Shown here: positions 22,468-34,400 of the stretch, piece by piece
Position numbering within the stretch: position 1 is the first letter of the stretch
Layout: each line of letters starts with the position of its first letter
DNA from: Macrostomum lignano
Lineage: Eukaryota
DNA: 64,000 nucleotides
Assembly (NCBI GenBank): GCA_002269645.1
Contig: NIVC01001804.1
Coordinates: forward strand, 1-64,000
Direction: 5' to 3'
Made by a program: the position numbers and the translations under genes
Notes under the pieces: model-generated
What the model was told of the DNA's origin: nothing
The model's input: the letters and a program-made list of their open reading frames with translations, nothing else
Databases searched by the model: none

Positions 22468-25400
22468 ATGCACTACAAGATCATTATCATTTTTTCTCTA
22501 ATTGTCTTATTGACAATATGGAGTGCTACTTCAAGCTATGCAATAATTTTCACTATCAATAATAGGCATTTCTTTTCTTTTAAAGGTAATATTTAGCTAC
22601 TAAAATATTGCATTGTCTTTGCCTTCAACTTTAATTTACAATTCAAGCATCATTTTAGAATTAAAAAGTCAACTGACCAATGTCACTCTTAATGGAGGCT
22701 CAATCAAGCTTGTAGCTTCAATAGCTGGCTTCTACTACCTTGGTGGATTGTAAGCATTTTTATAATTTAGAGTCTAACAAATTGATACTAAATTTATTGA
22801 TTCTCTATTGACATCATTTCTCTCGCTTGTTCATGCAGCAATGCTCTGTACCGAGTCAGCTGCTCTGGCAGCAGCAATTCACCACAGCTGGTGGCCGCAG
22901 TGGGATCTGAAACGCGGCCGGTCACTGTAAAATACCTGTACATACTTGGCGATCCAGCATCTGCAGCATTTGTCTGTTCATACACTGCGCAACCATCGGG
23001 ACTGCCTATGGTTGGAGCAACCCCTTCGTGCATTTTGTTTAATGTAACAGCTGAGTTACCATGGAAACCAGTTAATCTGACTAATCGTCAAACATCGACT
23101 GTAAGTAAATCCAGTAGTAAATTTAGTAGGGGTTGTAGCATAGTGGCTAGAGCGTTGGACTCACAACTGAAAGGTTGGAGGTTCGATTCCCGATCCCACT
23201 GGAAGAATTCGTGTCCTTGAGCAAGACACTCAACTCTGCATAGCTTCAGTTCACCCAGCTGTAAAATGGGTGCCAGCATTAGCTGGGGTAATTGAGGCCT
23301 GTGTGTGGTGACCCCCCAGTCCTTGGACTGAACAGCCCATTAGGACAGCAATAGCTGGGCAGGCATGTACATCTCTCTCTCGCACTCTCGCAGCTCCTGA
23401 CGGGATTTCTGATGCCAAACTCTCCGCACGACCCGGAGCGAATTTCCCTTCGGCTGAACGGCTCGCACGCCTTCATCAGCAACTATCCGCAGGTGCAGGA
23501 CACCTTGGACATCATCGAGCTGCGCTGGCCTCGCTTCGATCGCATCGGCTGGCTCACCGCCGATTTCTTGTCTCGACGGAACCGGGAAGCCTGGATATCT
23601 AGGCTTGCTCAGCCGGTTGCTATGGCAACTAGAGGCGAGAAACTCTACGCGCTGTTTGTTGAGGAGGCCTTTGAAGCCAGCAATTATTATAGCAGCGTTA
23701 GCGGGGAAGCCTTCCGCACTTCCACTGCTGTTCTCAAGGTGAGCATTAGCCCCATCTGACTGAGTGAGTAGCATTAGCTCCACCTGACTGAGTGAGTAGC
23801 ATTCGCCCCACCTGACTGAGTGAGTAGCATTAGCCCCACCTGACTGACTGAGTAGCATTAGCTCCACCTGACTGAGTGAGTAGCATTCGCCCCACCTGAC
23901 TGAGTGAGTAGCATTAGCCCCACCTGACTGAGTGAGTAGCATTAGCCCCACCTGACTGACTGAGTAGCATTCGCCCCACCTGACTGACTGAGTAGCATTA
24001 GCCCCACCTGACTGACTGAGTAGCATTAGCCCCACCTGACTGACTGAGTAGCATTAGCTCCACCTGACTAAGTGAGTAGCATTCGCCCCACCTGACTGAG
24101 TGAGTAGCATTCGCCCCACCTGACTGAGTGAGTAGCATTAGCCCCACCTGACTGAGTGAGTAGCATTAGCCCCACCTGACTGACTGAGTAGCATTAGCCC
24201 CACCTGACTGACTGAGTAGCATTAGCCCCACCTGACTGAGTGAGTAGCATTAGCCCCACCTGACTGAGTGAGTAGCATTAGCCCCACCTGACTGACTGAG
24301 TAGCATTAGCCCCACCTGACTGACTGAGTAGCATTAGCCCCACCTGACTGACTGAGTAGCATTAGCCCCACCTGACTGACAATCCCCCGCAAATGTAATT
24401 ACCCGCAGCTGCCGCGGTTCACCCGTCTCGCTAGGATCTGCTTAAACGACCCCGGCGGCCAGCAGCCCTATCAGGACATGCGCATTATGACGTCATTCTT
24501 CAAGTTGCGTCTGATCTGTAGAAATGGAAGCGTGGACTACGATGTGCTGGGTGAGGGAGTGGACTGTTATCAATCGTCGGTTATCAATATTTATGCTTGA
24601 GTTAACAGGTAAAACTCGCCCTTGACATATCTCGCCTTAGAATCGCTCTTGACATCTCGCCTTAGACTCGCCTTTGGCATCTCGCCTTAGACTCGCCCTT
24701 GGTATCTTGCCTTAGACTCGCCCTTGACATCTCGCCTTAGACTCGCCCTTGGTACCTTGCCTTAGAATCTCCCTTGACATCTCGCCTTAGACTCGCCCTT
24801 GACATCTCGCCTTAGACTCGCCCTTGGTACCTTGCCTTAGAATCTCCCTTGACATCTCGCCTTAGACTCGCCCTTGACATCTCGCCTTAGACTCGCCCTT
24901 GGTACCTTGCCTTAGAATCTCCCTTGACATCTCGCCTTAGACTCGCCCTTGACATCTCGCCTTAGACTCGCCCTTGGTACCTTGCCTTAGAATCTCCCTT
25001 GACATCTCGCCTTAGACTCGCCCTTGACATCTCGCCTTAGACTCTCCCTTGACATCTCGCCTTAGACTCTCCCTTGACATCTCGCCTTAGACTCTCCCTT
25101 GACATCTCGCCTTAGACTCACTCTTGGCATCTCGCCTTAAACTCGCCCTTGACATCTCGCCTTAGACTCGCCCTTGACATCTCGCCTTAGACTCGCCCTT
25201 GACATCTCGCCTTAGACTCTCCCTTGACATCTCGCCTTAGACTCTCCCTTGACATCTCGCCTTAGACTCGCCCTTGACATCTTGCCTTAGACTCGCCCTT
25301 GGTACCTTGCCTTAGAATCTCCCTTGACATCTCGCCTTAGACTCGCCCTTGACATCTCGCCTTAGACTCTCCCTTGACATCTCGCCTTAGACTCTCCCTT

Positions 25401-28400
25401 GACATCTCGCCTTAGACTCGCCCTTGGTACCTTGCCTTAGAATCTCCCTTGACATCTCGCCTTAGACTCGCCCTTGACATCTCGCCTTAGACTCGCCCTT
25501 GGTACCTTGCCTTAGAATCTCCCTTGACATCTCGCCTTAGACTCGCCCTTGACATCTCGCCTTAGACTCTCCCTTGACATCTCGCCTTAGACTCTCCCTT
25601 GACATCTCGCCTTAGACTCACTCTTGGCATCTCGCCTTAAACTCGCCCTTGACATCTCGCCTTAGACTCGCCCTTGACATCTCGCCTTAGACTCTCCCTT
25701 GACATCTCGCCTTAGACTCTCCCTTGACATCTCGCCTTAGACTCGCCCTTGACATCTCGCCTTAGACTCGCCCTTGGTACCTTGCCTTAGAATCTCCCTT
25801 GACATCTCGCCTTAGACTCGCCCTTGACATCTCGCCTTAGACTCTCCCTTGACATCTCGCCTTAGACTCTCCCTTGACATCTCGCCTTAGACTCACTCTT
25901 GGCATCTCGCCTTAAACTCGCCCTTGACATCTCGCCTTAGACTCGCCCTTGACATCTCGCCTTAGACTCGCCCTTGACATCTCGCCTTAGACTCTCCCTT
26001 GACATCTCGCCTTAGACTCTCCCTTGACATCTCGCCTTAGACTCACTCTTGGCATCTCGCCTTAAACTCGCCCTTGACATCTCGCCTTAGAATCGCCATT
26101 GACATCATCCCCTTACAATGACCCTTGACATCCCGCCTTAGAATTCGTCCATCTGAGTTAATGAGTCCTGAGGACGTTTCAGATTACTCTCAGGTAGACC
26201 TGCTTCTAGTTGTTACTTTTTCAGACTCTTGTTTCTTACGAGCGTATGTCAGACAGGCAGTGCGCTGTGGGGGGGGGTCTCAGCCCATACCCGGGTTGTA
26301 AATATTGATTAATAATAATGTGCTTCCCTATCCTGGCACGGCAGGATATTTAGTTATGGGGAGAAAGGGGAGCAGTTTTCCACCCAAGCTGGGCTGTTAG
26401 GGTGCATATTTTAGCACTGTTTCCAGCTCTGCTCCCCACCCGGTCTCTCCCTCCCTCTCGGTGCAGTCCCAGTGCAAGCTATTCAACGCCAAGGCGCCAC
26501 TTCCTGATCATTATGCGAAAGATTAAGTTCCTTGGTTTATTAGAAATCCAGCAAGTCTGTAGAAGTGCTTTGAAATTGCTTTACAGAAATTTTAGATCTC
26601 TCTTCTTCTGCCTTTCTCCCTGCCTGAGGTAACTACTTGCCTACAAGCCAACTGACAACCGCCTTAGCTACCACAAGTTAGGAATTACGTAATCATAAAC
26701 TCTCAAATCTGTCTTCACAATCCAAAAGCCTTTCAAAGCGCCTGTCAACAAATTTCTCATATTGATGAAACACAAAGTGTCCATGGCTTCCTGTAGCAGA
26801 ATGTGAAAAGCTTGTTGTGTGTCTGTCTGCATTTCGATTGGAGGTTGGCTGTTGTCGCTGACCTCAACTGACCTCAATGCAGCAGCTGCCGCTTCTTCCA
26901 TTATCGGCATTTTGTGATCTGCGCACAGATGGCAATGGTGTTGCTTTTTCTGGCCAGATGTTTGGGGGGAAGCAAAGGAAAACTTTGTTTGGCAGGAAAT
27001 CTTGCAGATTGCTGTGAGAATTTTTTTGCCTGCATTGAATTTCTTTGTGTTGCGGTGCCTTCCTTCCACCACTAAATGGCCCTAAATGGCCCTAATAGAG
27101 CTCAGCAACCTTAGTACAGGTGAGGGACTTGAGTTTTTGCCTTGCTTTGCCTTTTCTCCAGCTCTATCTATATCTAATCTCATCTCCCTGGCTTCTCCCC
27201 CTCCCGCTCTAACTATATCTAATCTCACTTCCCTCTCTTCTCCGTCTCCCGCTCTATCTATATCTAATCTCACGTCCCTCTCTTCTCCTCTCCCACTCTA
27301 TCTATATCTAATCTCACTTCCCTCTCTTCTCCTCTCCCACTCTATCTATATCTAATCTCACTTCCCTCTCTTCTCCGTCTCCCGCTCTATCCATATCTAA
27401 TCTCACGTCCCTCTATTCTCCCCTCCCGCTCTATATATATCTAATCTCACTTCCCCCTATTCTCCCTTTTCTGCTCTATCTATATCTATCTCATCCTCTT
27501 TTACCCCTCCTGCTCTATCTATATCTAATCTCACTTCCCTCTACCACTTCAAATCCATCTAATCCAATTAATTCAAGATACTTCAAGAACCTCCCAGGAT
27601 TTTCTACTGCCAGCTGTGTGCCAAGCGATATTAAACTTTTCTTTATAAGATAATGATTTTGATGAAGCATTTCATTCATTAGCAACAAGCCATGAGCTGT
27701 CCGTCTTTGGTAGGGGCGGGGGTCATTTCAGGTAGTTTTTTCCTGCCAGACTGATTAACCGCGCGCTCTGAAAAGATAAGCTGAATCATGCTGCACCCAA
27801 GCCTGCCCCTCAGGCTGTTACAGCCGGTTCAAATATCAGCATATCCGATATGATCAAGTTGGAATTGCTTTTACATGTTGAATCACCCCAGCCCACCCTG
27901 AGGGAGGGATCGAGTATTTTCCTCGAATGTGGATGATGATGATGCTGGAGGCAGGCCGTTCCGTTTGATTGGGGGCTCGCCGCCCTCCACATCGATAAGA
28001 GTTGCTGGGCCTGATGCGCAGGTAGGTACTGTATATTGATGAGGCTTTGGCTAGCGGATTCTGCACAGTTAGATACGCTTAATCTCGCTGTTTCTTGATT
28101 AATATGCCCCGAAAAACTGCCGAACTGGGAGGGATTGCAAACTTACCTCGGAGGTTTGTAGCAGTTTTTTATTGCTTTCTGAACTGCAGCTCTGCGATGC
28201 TTTCAGAAGAAGCAGCAGAAACCCAGAAATCTTTCCGGACCCCAAGCTTGTGACTCATGAGCTTGTGACTTATGAGCTTGTGACTTTATGAGCTTGTGAC
28301 TTTATGAGCTTGTGACTTTATGAGCTTGTGGTTTTATGATCCTGTGACTTTATGAGCTTGTGACTTTATGAGCTTGTGGTTTTATGATCCTGTGACTCAT

Positions 28401-31400
28401 GAGCTTGTGACTTATGAGCTTGTGACTTTATGAGCTTGTGACTTTATGAGCTTGTGACTTTATGAGCTTGTGGTTTTATGATCCTGTGACTTTATGAGCT
28501 TGTGACTTTATGAGCTTGTGGTTTTATGATCCTGTGACTTTATGAGCTTGTGACTTTATGAGCTTGTGACTTTATGATCTTGTGACTTTATGAGCTTGTG
28601 ACTTTATGAGCTTGTGACTTTATGATCTTGTGACTTTATGAGCTTGTGACTTTATGAGCTTGTGACTTTATGATCCTGTGACTTTATGAGCTTGTGGTTT
28701 TATGAGCTTGTGGCTTTATGATCTTGTGACTTTATGATCTTGTGACTTTATGATCTTGTGACTTTATGATCTTGTGACTATATGAGCTTGTTGTTTTATG
28801 AGCTTGTGGTTTTATGAGCTTGACTTTATGATCTTGCGACTTATGATCTTGTGACTTTATGAGCTTGTGACTTTATGAGCTTGTTACTTTATGAGCTTGT
28901 GGTTTTATGAGCTTGTGGTTTTATGAGCTTGACTTTATGATCTTGTGACTATATGAGCTTGTGACTTCATGAGCTTGTGACTTTATGATCTTGTGACTTT
29001 ATGATCTTGTGACCATATGATCTTGTGACTTTATGATCTTGTGATCATATGATCTTGTGACTATATGATCTTGTGACTTTATGATCTTGTGACCATATGA
29101 TCTTGTGACTTTATGAGCTTGTGACTTTATGACCTTGTGGTTTTATGAGCTTGTGGTTTTATGAGCTTGACTTGACTTTATGATCTTGTGACTATATGAG
29201 CTTGTGACTTCATGATCTTGTGACCATATGATCTTGTGACTTTATGAGCTTGTGACTTTATGACCTTGTGGTTTTATGAGCTTGTGGTTTTATGAGCTTG
29301 ACTTGACTTTATGATCTTGTGACTATATGAGCTTGTGACTTCATGAGCTTGTGACTTTATGATCTTGTGACTTTATGATCTTGTGACCATATGATCTTGT
29401 GACTTTATGATCTTGTGACCATATGATCTTGTGAATATATGATCTTGTGACTTTATGATCTTGTGACCATATGATCTTGTGACTATATGATCTTGTGACT
29501 TTATGATCTTGTGACCATATGATCTTGTGACTATATGATCTTGTGACTTTATGATCTTGTGACTCTATGATCTTGTGACTTTATGATATTGTGACTATAT
29601 GAGCTTGTGACTTCATAAGATTGTAATTTAATCAATATACTGAACTTTTAGCTTCATAATTTCAAAGATTCGCCAGCTTAAAACTGTACGAACCTGAAGC
29701 TTTACGCATTTTTTATTATTCAAATTATCTTGCTCGCAGCAGCTCAACGATTATCAAGCAATCTTCTTTCAGGTGCTGGTTTCTCTGCATTCAAAGCAAA
29801 TTTTGTAACTGTCTACCTTCTGTGTGTCTCACGGTCCAATTCATTGTCAGTCTCGTCTTTAGAAGGCAAAAAATGTGAAGTGCGCTGTTGACCTGCTCAA
29901 ATAAATAACTTGAATAAATAAAAGCCACAGTTTTATCATTTGCAGGTGCAGCCCTCTTATAGCCGCCTTTTAATTAAGTTGCATATAGAACTTATGCAAC
30001 ATTATTGCATAATTTTCTCTTAGATAAACTGCAGATGTTTAAATGGAATGTTTAAATACAATGTTTAAATGCGTTTAATTTAACTGCAATGAATGTCTGT
30101 AGATTTAAAAAGTTCGTGAAATATTCCATTATAAACTATTTAAGTGTAGGCATAAGATTTCGGTACATTTCTATCTACTTCTCAGCATTTGCCCATCTGT
30201 AACTCTACCTCTCAGCCTATCTATGATTTCTCAATCTACCTCTCAGCCTATCTATGATTTCTCAATCTACCTCTCAGCCTATCTATGATTTCTCAATCTA
30301 CCTCTCAGCCTATCTATGATTTCTCAATCTACCTCTCAGCCTATCTATGATTTCTCAATCTACTCTCAGCCTATCTATGATTTCTTATTCTACCTCTCAG
30401 CCTATCTATGATTTCTCAATCTACCTCTCAGCCTATCTATGATTTCTCAATCTACCTCTCAGCCTATCTATGATTTCTCATTCTACCTCTCAGTCTATCT
30501 ATGATTTCTCATTCTACCTCTCAGCCTATCTATGATTTCTCATTCTACCTCTCAGCCTATCTATGATTTCTCAATCTACCTCTCAGCCTATCTATGATTT
30601 CTCATTCTACCTCTCAGCCTATCTATGATTTCTCATTCTACCTCTCAGCCTATCTATGATTTATCAATCTACCTCTCAGCCTATCTATGATTTCTCATTC
30701 TACCTCTCAGCCTATCTATGATTTCTCATTCTACCTCTCAGCCTATCTATGATTTCTCAATCTACCTCTTAGCCTATCTATGATTTATCAATCTACCTCT
30801 CAGCCTATCTATGATTTCTCATTCTACCTCTCAGCCTATCTATGATTTCTCATTCTACCTCTCAGCCTATCTATGATTTCTCATTCTACCTTTCAGTCAG
30901 CCTATCTATGATTTCTCACTCTACTTCTCAGCCTCTACCCATCTCTCGCTCAGCCTAGCATTTTATTGATATCTACGCTCATAGCTGTTTCCCGGTCGCT
31001 GATTACTTATCTGCATTTCAAACGGCATTTCTTAGTCTCCCCTGCAGCTAATCCACTGTTTAGCATTAATCCCACCAGTGCAGCCCGGAAATCCCCAATG
31101 GAAAGGAAAATCTCAGCTTTAACAATGTCTGATCCTATTTAACAGACAGTTTCTCCATCACTGTGCCTCATCTATCACATTTGGGCAACTGCCTGCCTCT
31201 GGGATTTTGCACCTCGCGCTGCCTTCCACCAAGCTTTTTTTAGACTCCGATATGCGCGCTGACGTTGGTTCGCATTCTGTGGCGGGATTTTATTCCCCTA
31301 ATTCCCTTGCCTTGGCCCTCTTAGCTCAGTCTGACGCCTCGCCTGCCTCTTTCCTCCTTATCTTCTGCCCTGACAGCTGACTGGAAGAGGATTCTGGGCG

Positions 31401-34400
31401 CCCGCCATCTCCTCTCTCTCGCATTGGTGACTTCCATGCCCACCATGGAGGCTGTATACTATTTTTTCCTCTTTCCCAATCCGCGATGTACTTTTGTAGA
31501 AGCCCAGTTTTCTAAGGCTCCGATGGTGCGCGCTTTATTGGTTTCTGGCTTCTGCCTTTCGAAACTTATTATATTGTGCTGCTTGCGGGATAAAGGAAGC
31601 TGGATGATGGACAGTATTTATCCATGAAGCTGGGGCTCTGCAGTCTCCAGTTACACGATTGTTCCATTTTCGGCTGCTTAAACTGGGGCATCGAGCTGAT
31701 TTCTAAGAAATATTTTCAAGGCCCTTTTAGCCTGTTTTAGTTTGCATACAGGTGACTGCTGAGGGAACATGCAGTCTCACTAAATTCTGTTCATTTAATT
31801 GGAATTTTCTCTCAACTATTTATCTCAGTAGTGAATATCTCAAATCCCAAATGTCTACTCCCTATATTGGAGTCTCCTATCCTTTCTAGGAATCACGCAA
31901 TTCCATTCTAGGAATCATCCAGTTCCATTCCAGGAATCACCCAGTTCCATTCCAGGAATCATCCAGTTCCATTCCAGGAATCACCCAATTCCATTCCAGG
32001 AATCACCCAGTTCCATTCCAGGAATCACCCAATTCCATTCCAGGAATCACCCAGTTCCATTCCAGGAATCACCCAGTTCCATTCCAGGAATCATCCAGTT
32101 CCATTCCAGGAATCATCCAGTTCCATTCCAGAAATCACCCAGTTCCATTCCAGGAATCACCCAGTTCCATTCCAGGAATCACCCAATTCCATTCCAGGAA
32201 TCTCCGAATTACATTCCAGGAATCACCCAGTTCCATTTTAGGAATCACCCAATTCCATTCCAGGAATCACCAAATCACATTCCAGGAATCGCCGAATTAC
32301 ATTCCAGGAATCACCCAGTTCCATTCCAGGAATCAACGGATTTCCATTCCAGGAATCACCCAATTCCATTCCAGGAATCGTATTCTTTCTGGTAATTCCG
32401 CCTGCTACAGATTAATAATCTCCTTATCTTCTTCCCCATTGTGCAGAGCGCGTCACGGAAGTGTCCCAATCAGATCCAGGCACTTTCTACGGCCTGTTCT
32501 CCCTGCAGAACTCGCCGTCGCCCGCCGGTCACCGCGCCCTCTGCCGGTTCACCCTGGCGGAGGCGGAGGCCCTGATCGGCAGCTCAGACTTCATCCAGCT
32601 GGAGCAGTCGGGCCTGCTGTCCTACACCGCCAAGCGGCTGTCCCGAGCCGCCTATGCCGCAGCCTCCGGCCGGCCTCGGCCCACCCTGTGCGAGTGGACT
32701 CCCGAGGAGGCCAGGCAGTTGAAGCTGAGCAATCTCAAAGTTGAGCACACGGCACCGCTGATGGCCAGGCCGCTGATATCCAACAGTTTGGTCACCTTTG
32801 ACGCCGCGCCGGTCGGCCAAGGCGGAGTCGCTTCGCTGTGTCGGGTGGCCGAGACCGAGCAGGGAGATGTGCTGGCGGTTGGGACATGTGCGGCTGGGTG
32901 GCATCTGCTTGTTGCTATGCGAGATCTGCTTGTTGCTATGCGGAATCTGCTGGTTGCTATACGGGATCTACTTGTTGCTATGGGGGATCTGGTAGTTGCA
33001 ATGGATGATCTGGTAGTTGCTATGCGGGATCTGCTGGTTGCTATGTGGATTCTGTTTGTTACTATGCGGGATCTGCTGGTTGCTATGTGGATTCTGTTTG
33101 TTACTATGCGGGATCTGCTGGTTGCTATGTGGATTCTGTTTGTTACTATGCGGGATCTGCTGGTTGCTATGTGGATTCTGTTTGTTACTATGCGGGATCT
33201 GCTGGTTGTTATGTGGATTCTGTTTGTTACTATGCGGGATCTGCTGGTTGCTATGTGGATTCTGTTTATCACTACGAGCGTATGCGGGATCTACTTGTTG
33301 CTAGGCTGAAGGTGTGATTTTTTGTGTAAAATATGTTTCTCTGCACAGTGACTGGTTGGAACAATCGGTACAAGGCGATATTCGGTTCTGTTTAATTACA
33401 CAGAACCGCCCACGTATTTTTTTTGGGTTCGAACTGCTACTTCAGGCAAAAAGCAATCGCTAGACAGTTTAGATCGAAAAGATCATTGCTAACTTATTCA
33501 TATCTTCTGCTACTTTTAACTCTATCAGTTATCCATATAGTTGTGCCATGCCTGAGGCGCGTGTGCAAACAAAGTATCTGTTTTTGCGTGGCTTCTTTGA
33601 AGGGAGCTTCATGCAGGGGAGTGACGACACTCGGATGGCGCAGTGGCTACAGTTGAGGCCTGAGAGATCGAATGACTGCTTGCTTGGGTCTGGCTTGCTT
33701 CTTTCTGCTTGGCTGCGTCCTTGCTTTTTGCGCACAGCTTGTCACAGTGTGCGACTGTCTGTCTCTCTGAGTGTCTCTCAGTCTCCCTGAGTGTCTCTCA
33801 GTCTCTCTGAGTGTCTCTCAGTCTCTCTGAGTGTCTCTCCGTCTCTCTGAGTGTCTCTCAGTCTCTCTGAGTGTCTCTCAGTCTCTCAGAGTGTCTCTCC
33901 GTCTCTCTGAGTGTCTCTCAGTCTCCCTGAGTGTCTCTCAGTCTCTCAGAGTGTCTCTCAGTCTCTCTGAGTTTCTCTCAGTCTCTCTGAGTGTCTCTCA
34001 GTCTCTCTGAGTGTCTCTCAGTCTCTCTGAGTGTCTCTCAGTCTCTATGAGTGTCTCTCAGTCTCTCTGAGTCTCTCTCAGTCTCTCTGAGTGTCTCTCA
34101 GTCTCTCTGAGTGTCTCTCCGTCTCTCTGAGTGTCTCTCAGTCTCTCTGAGTGTCTCTCAGTCTCTCTGAGTGTCTCTCAGTCTCTCTGAGTGTCTCTCA
34201 GTCTCCCTGAGTGTCTCTCAGTCTCTCAGAGTGTCTCTCAGTCTCTCTGAGTTTCTCTCAGTCTCTCAGAGTATCTCTCAGTCTCTCTGAGTCTCTCTCC
34301 GTCTCTCTGAGTGTCTCTCAGTCTCTCTGAGTGTCTCTCAGTCTCTCTGAGTCTCTCTGAGTCTCTCTCAGTCTCTCTGAGTGTCTCTCAGTCTCTCTGA

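Noticed and set aside
23129-23200. tRNA gene (CAC in the anticodon-loop position)
   Set aside because: The anticodon and acceptor stems pair poorly, there is no oligo-T terminator, and it runs directly into a CORE-like block, so it is better explained as a SINE head.
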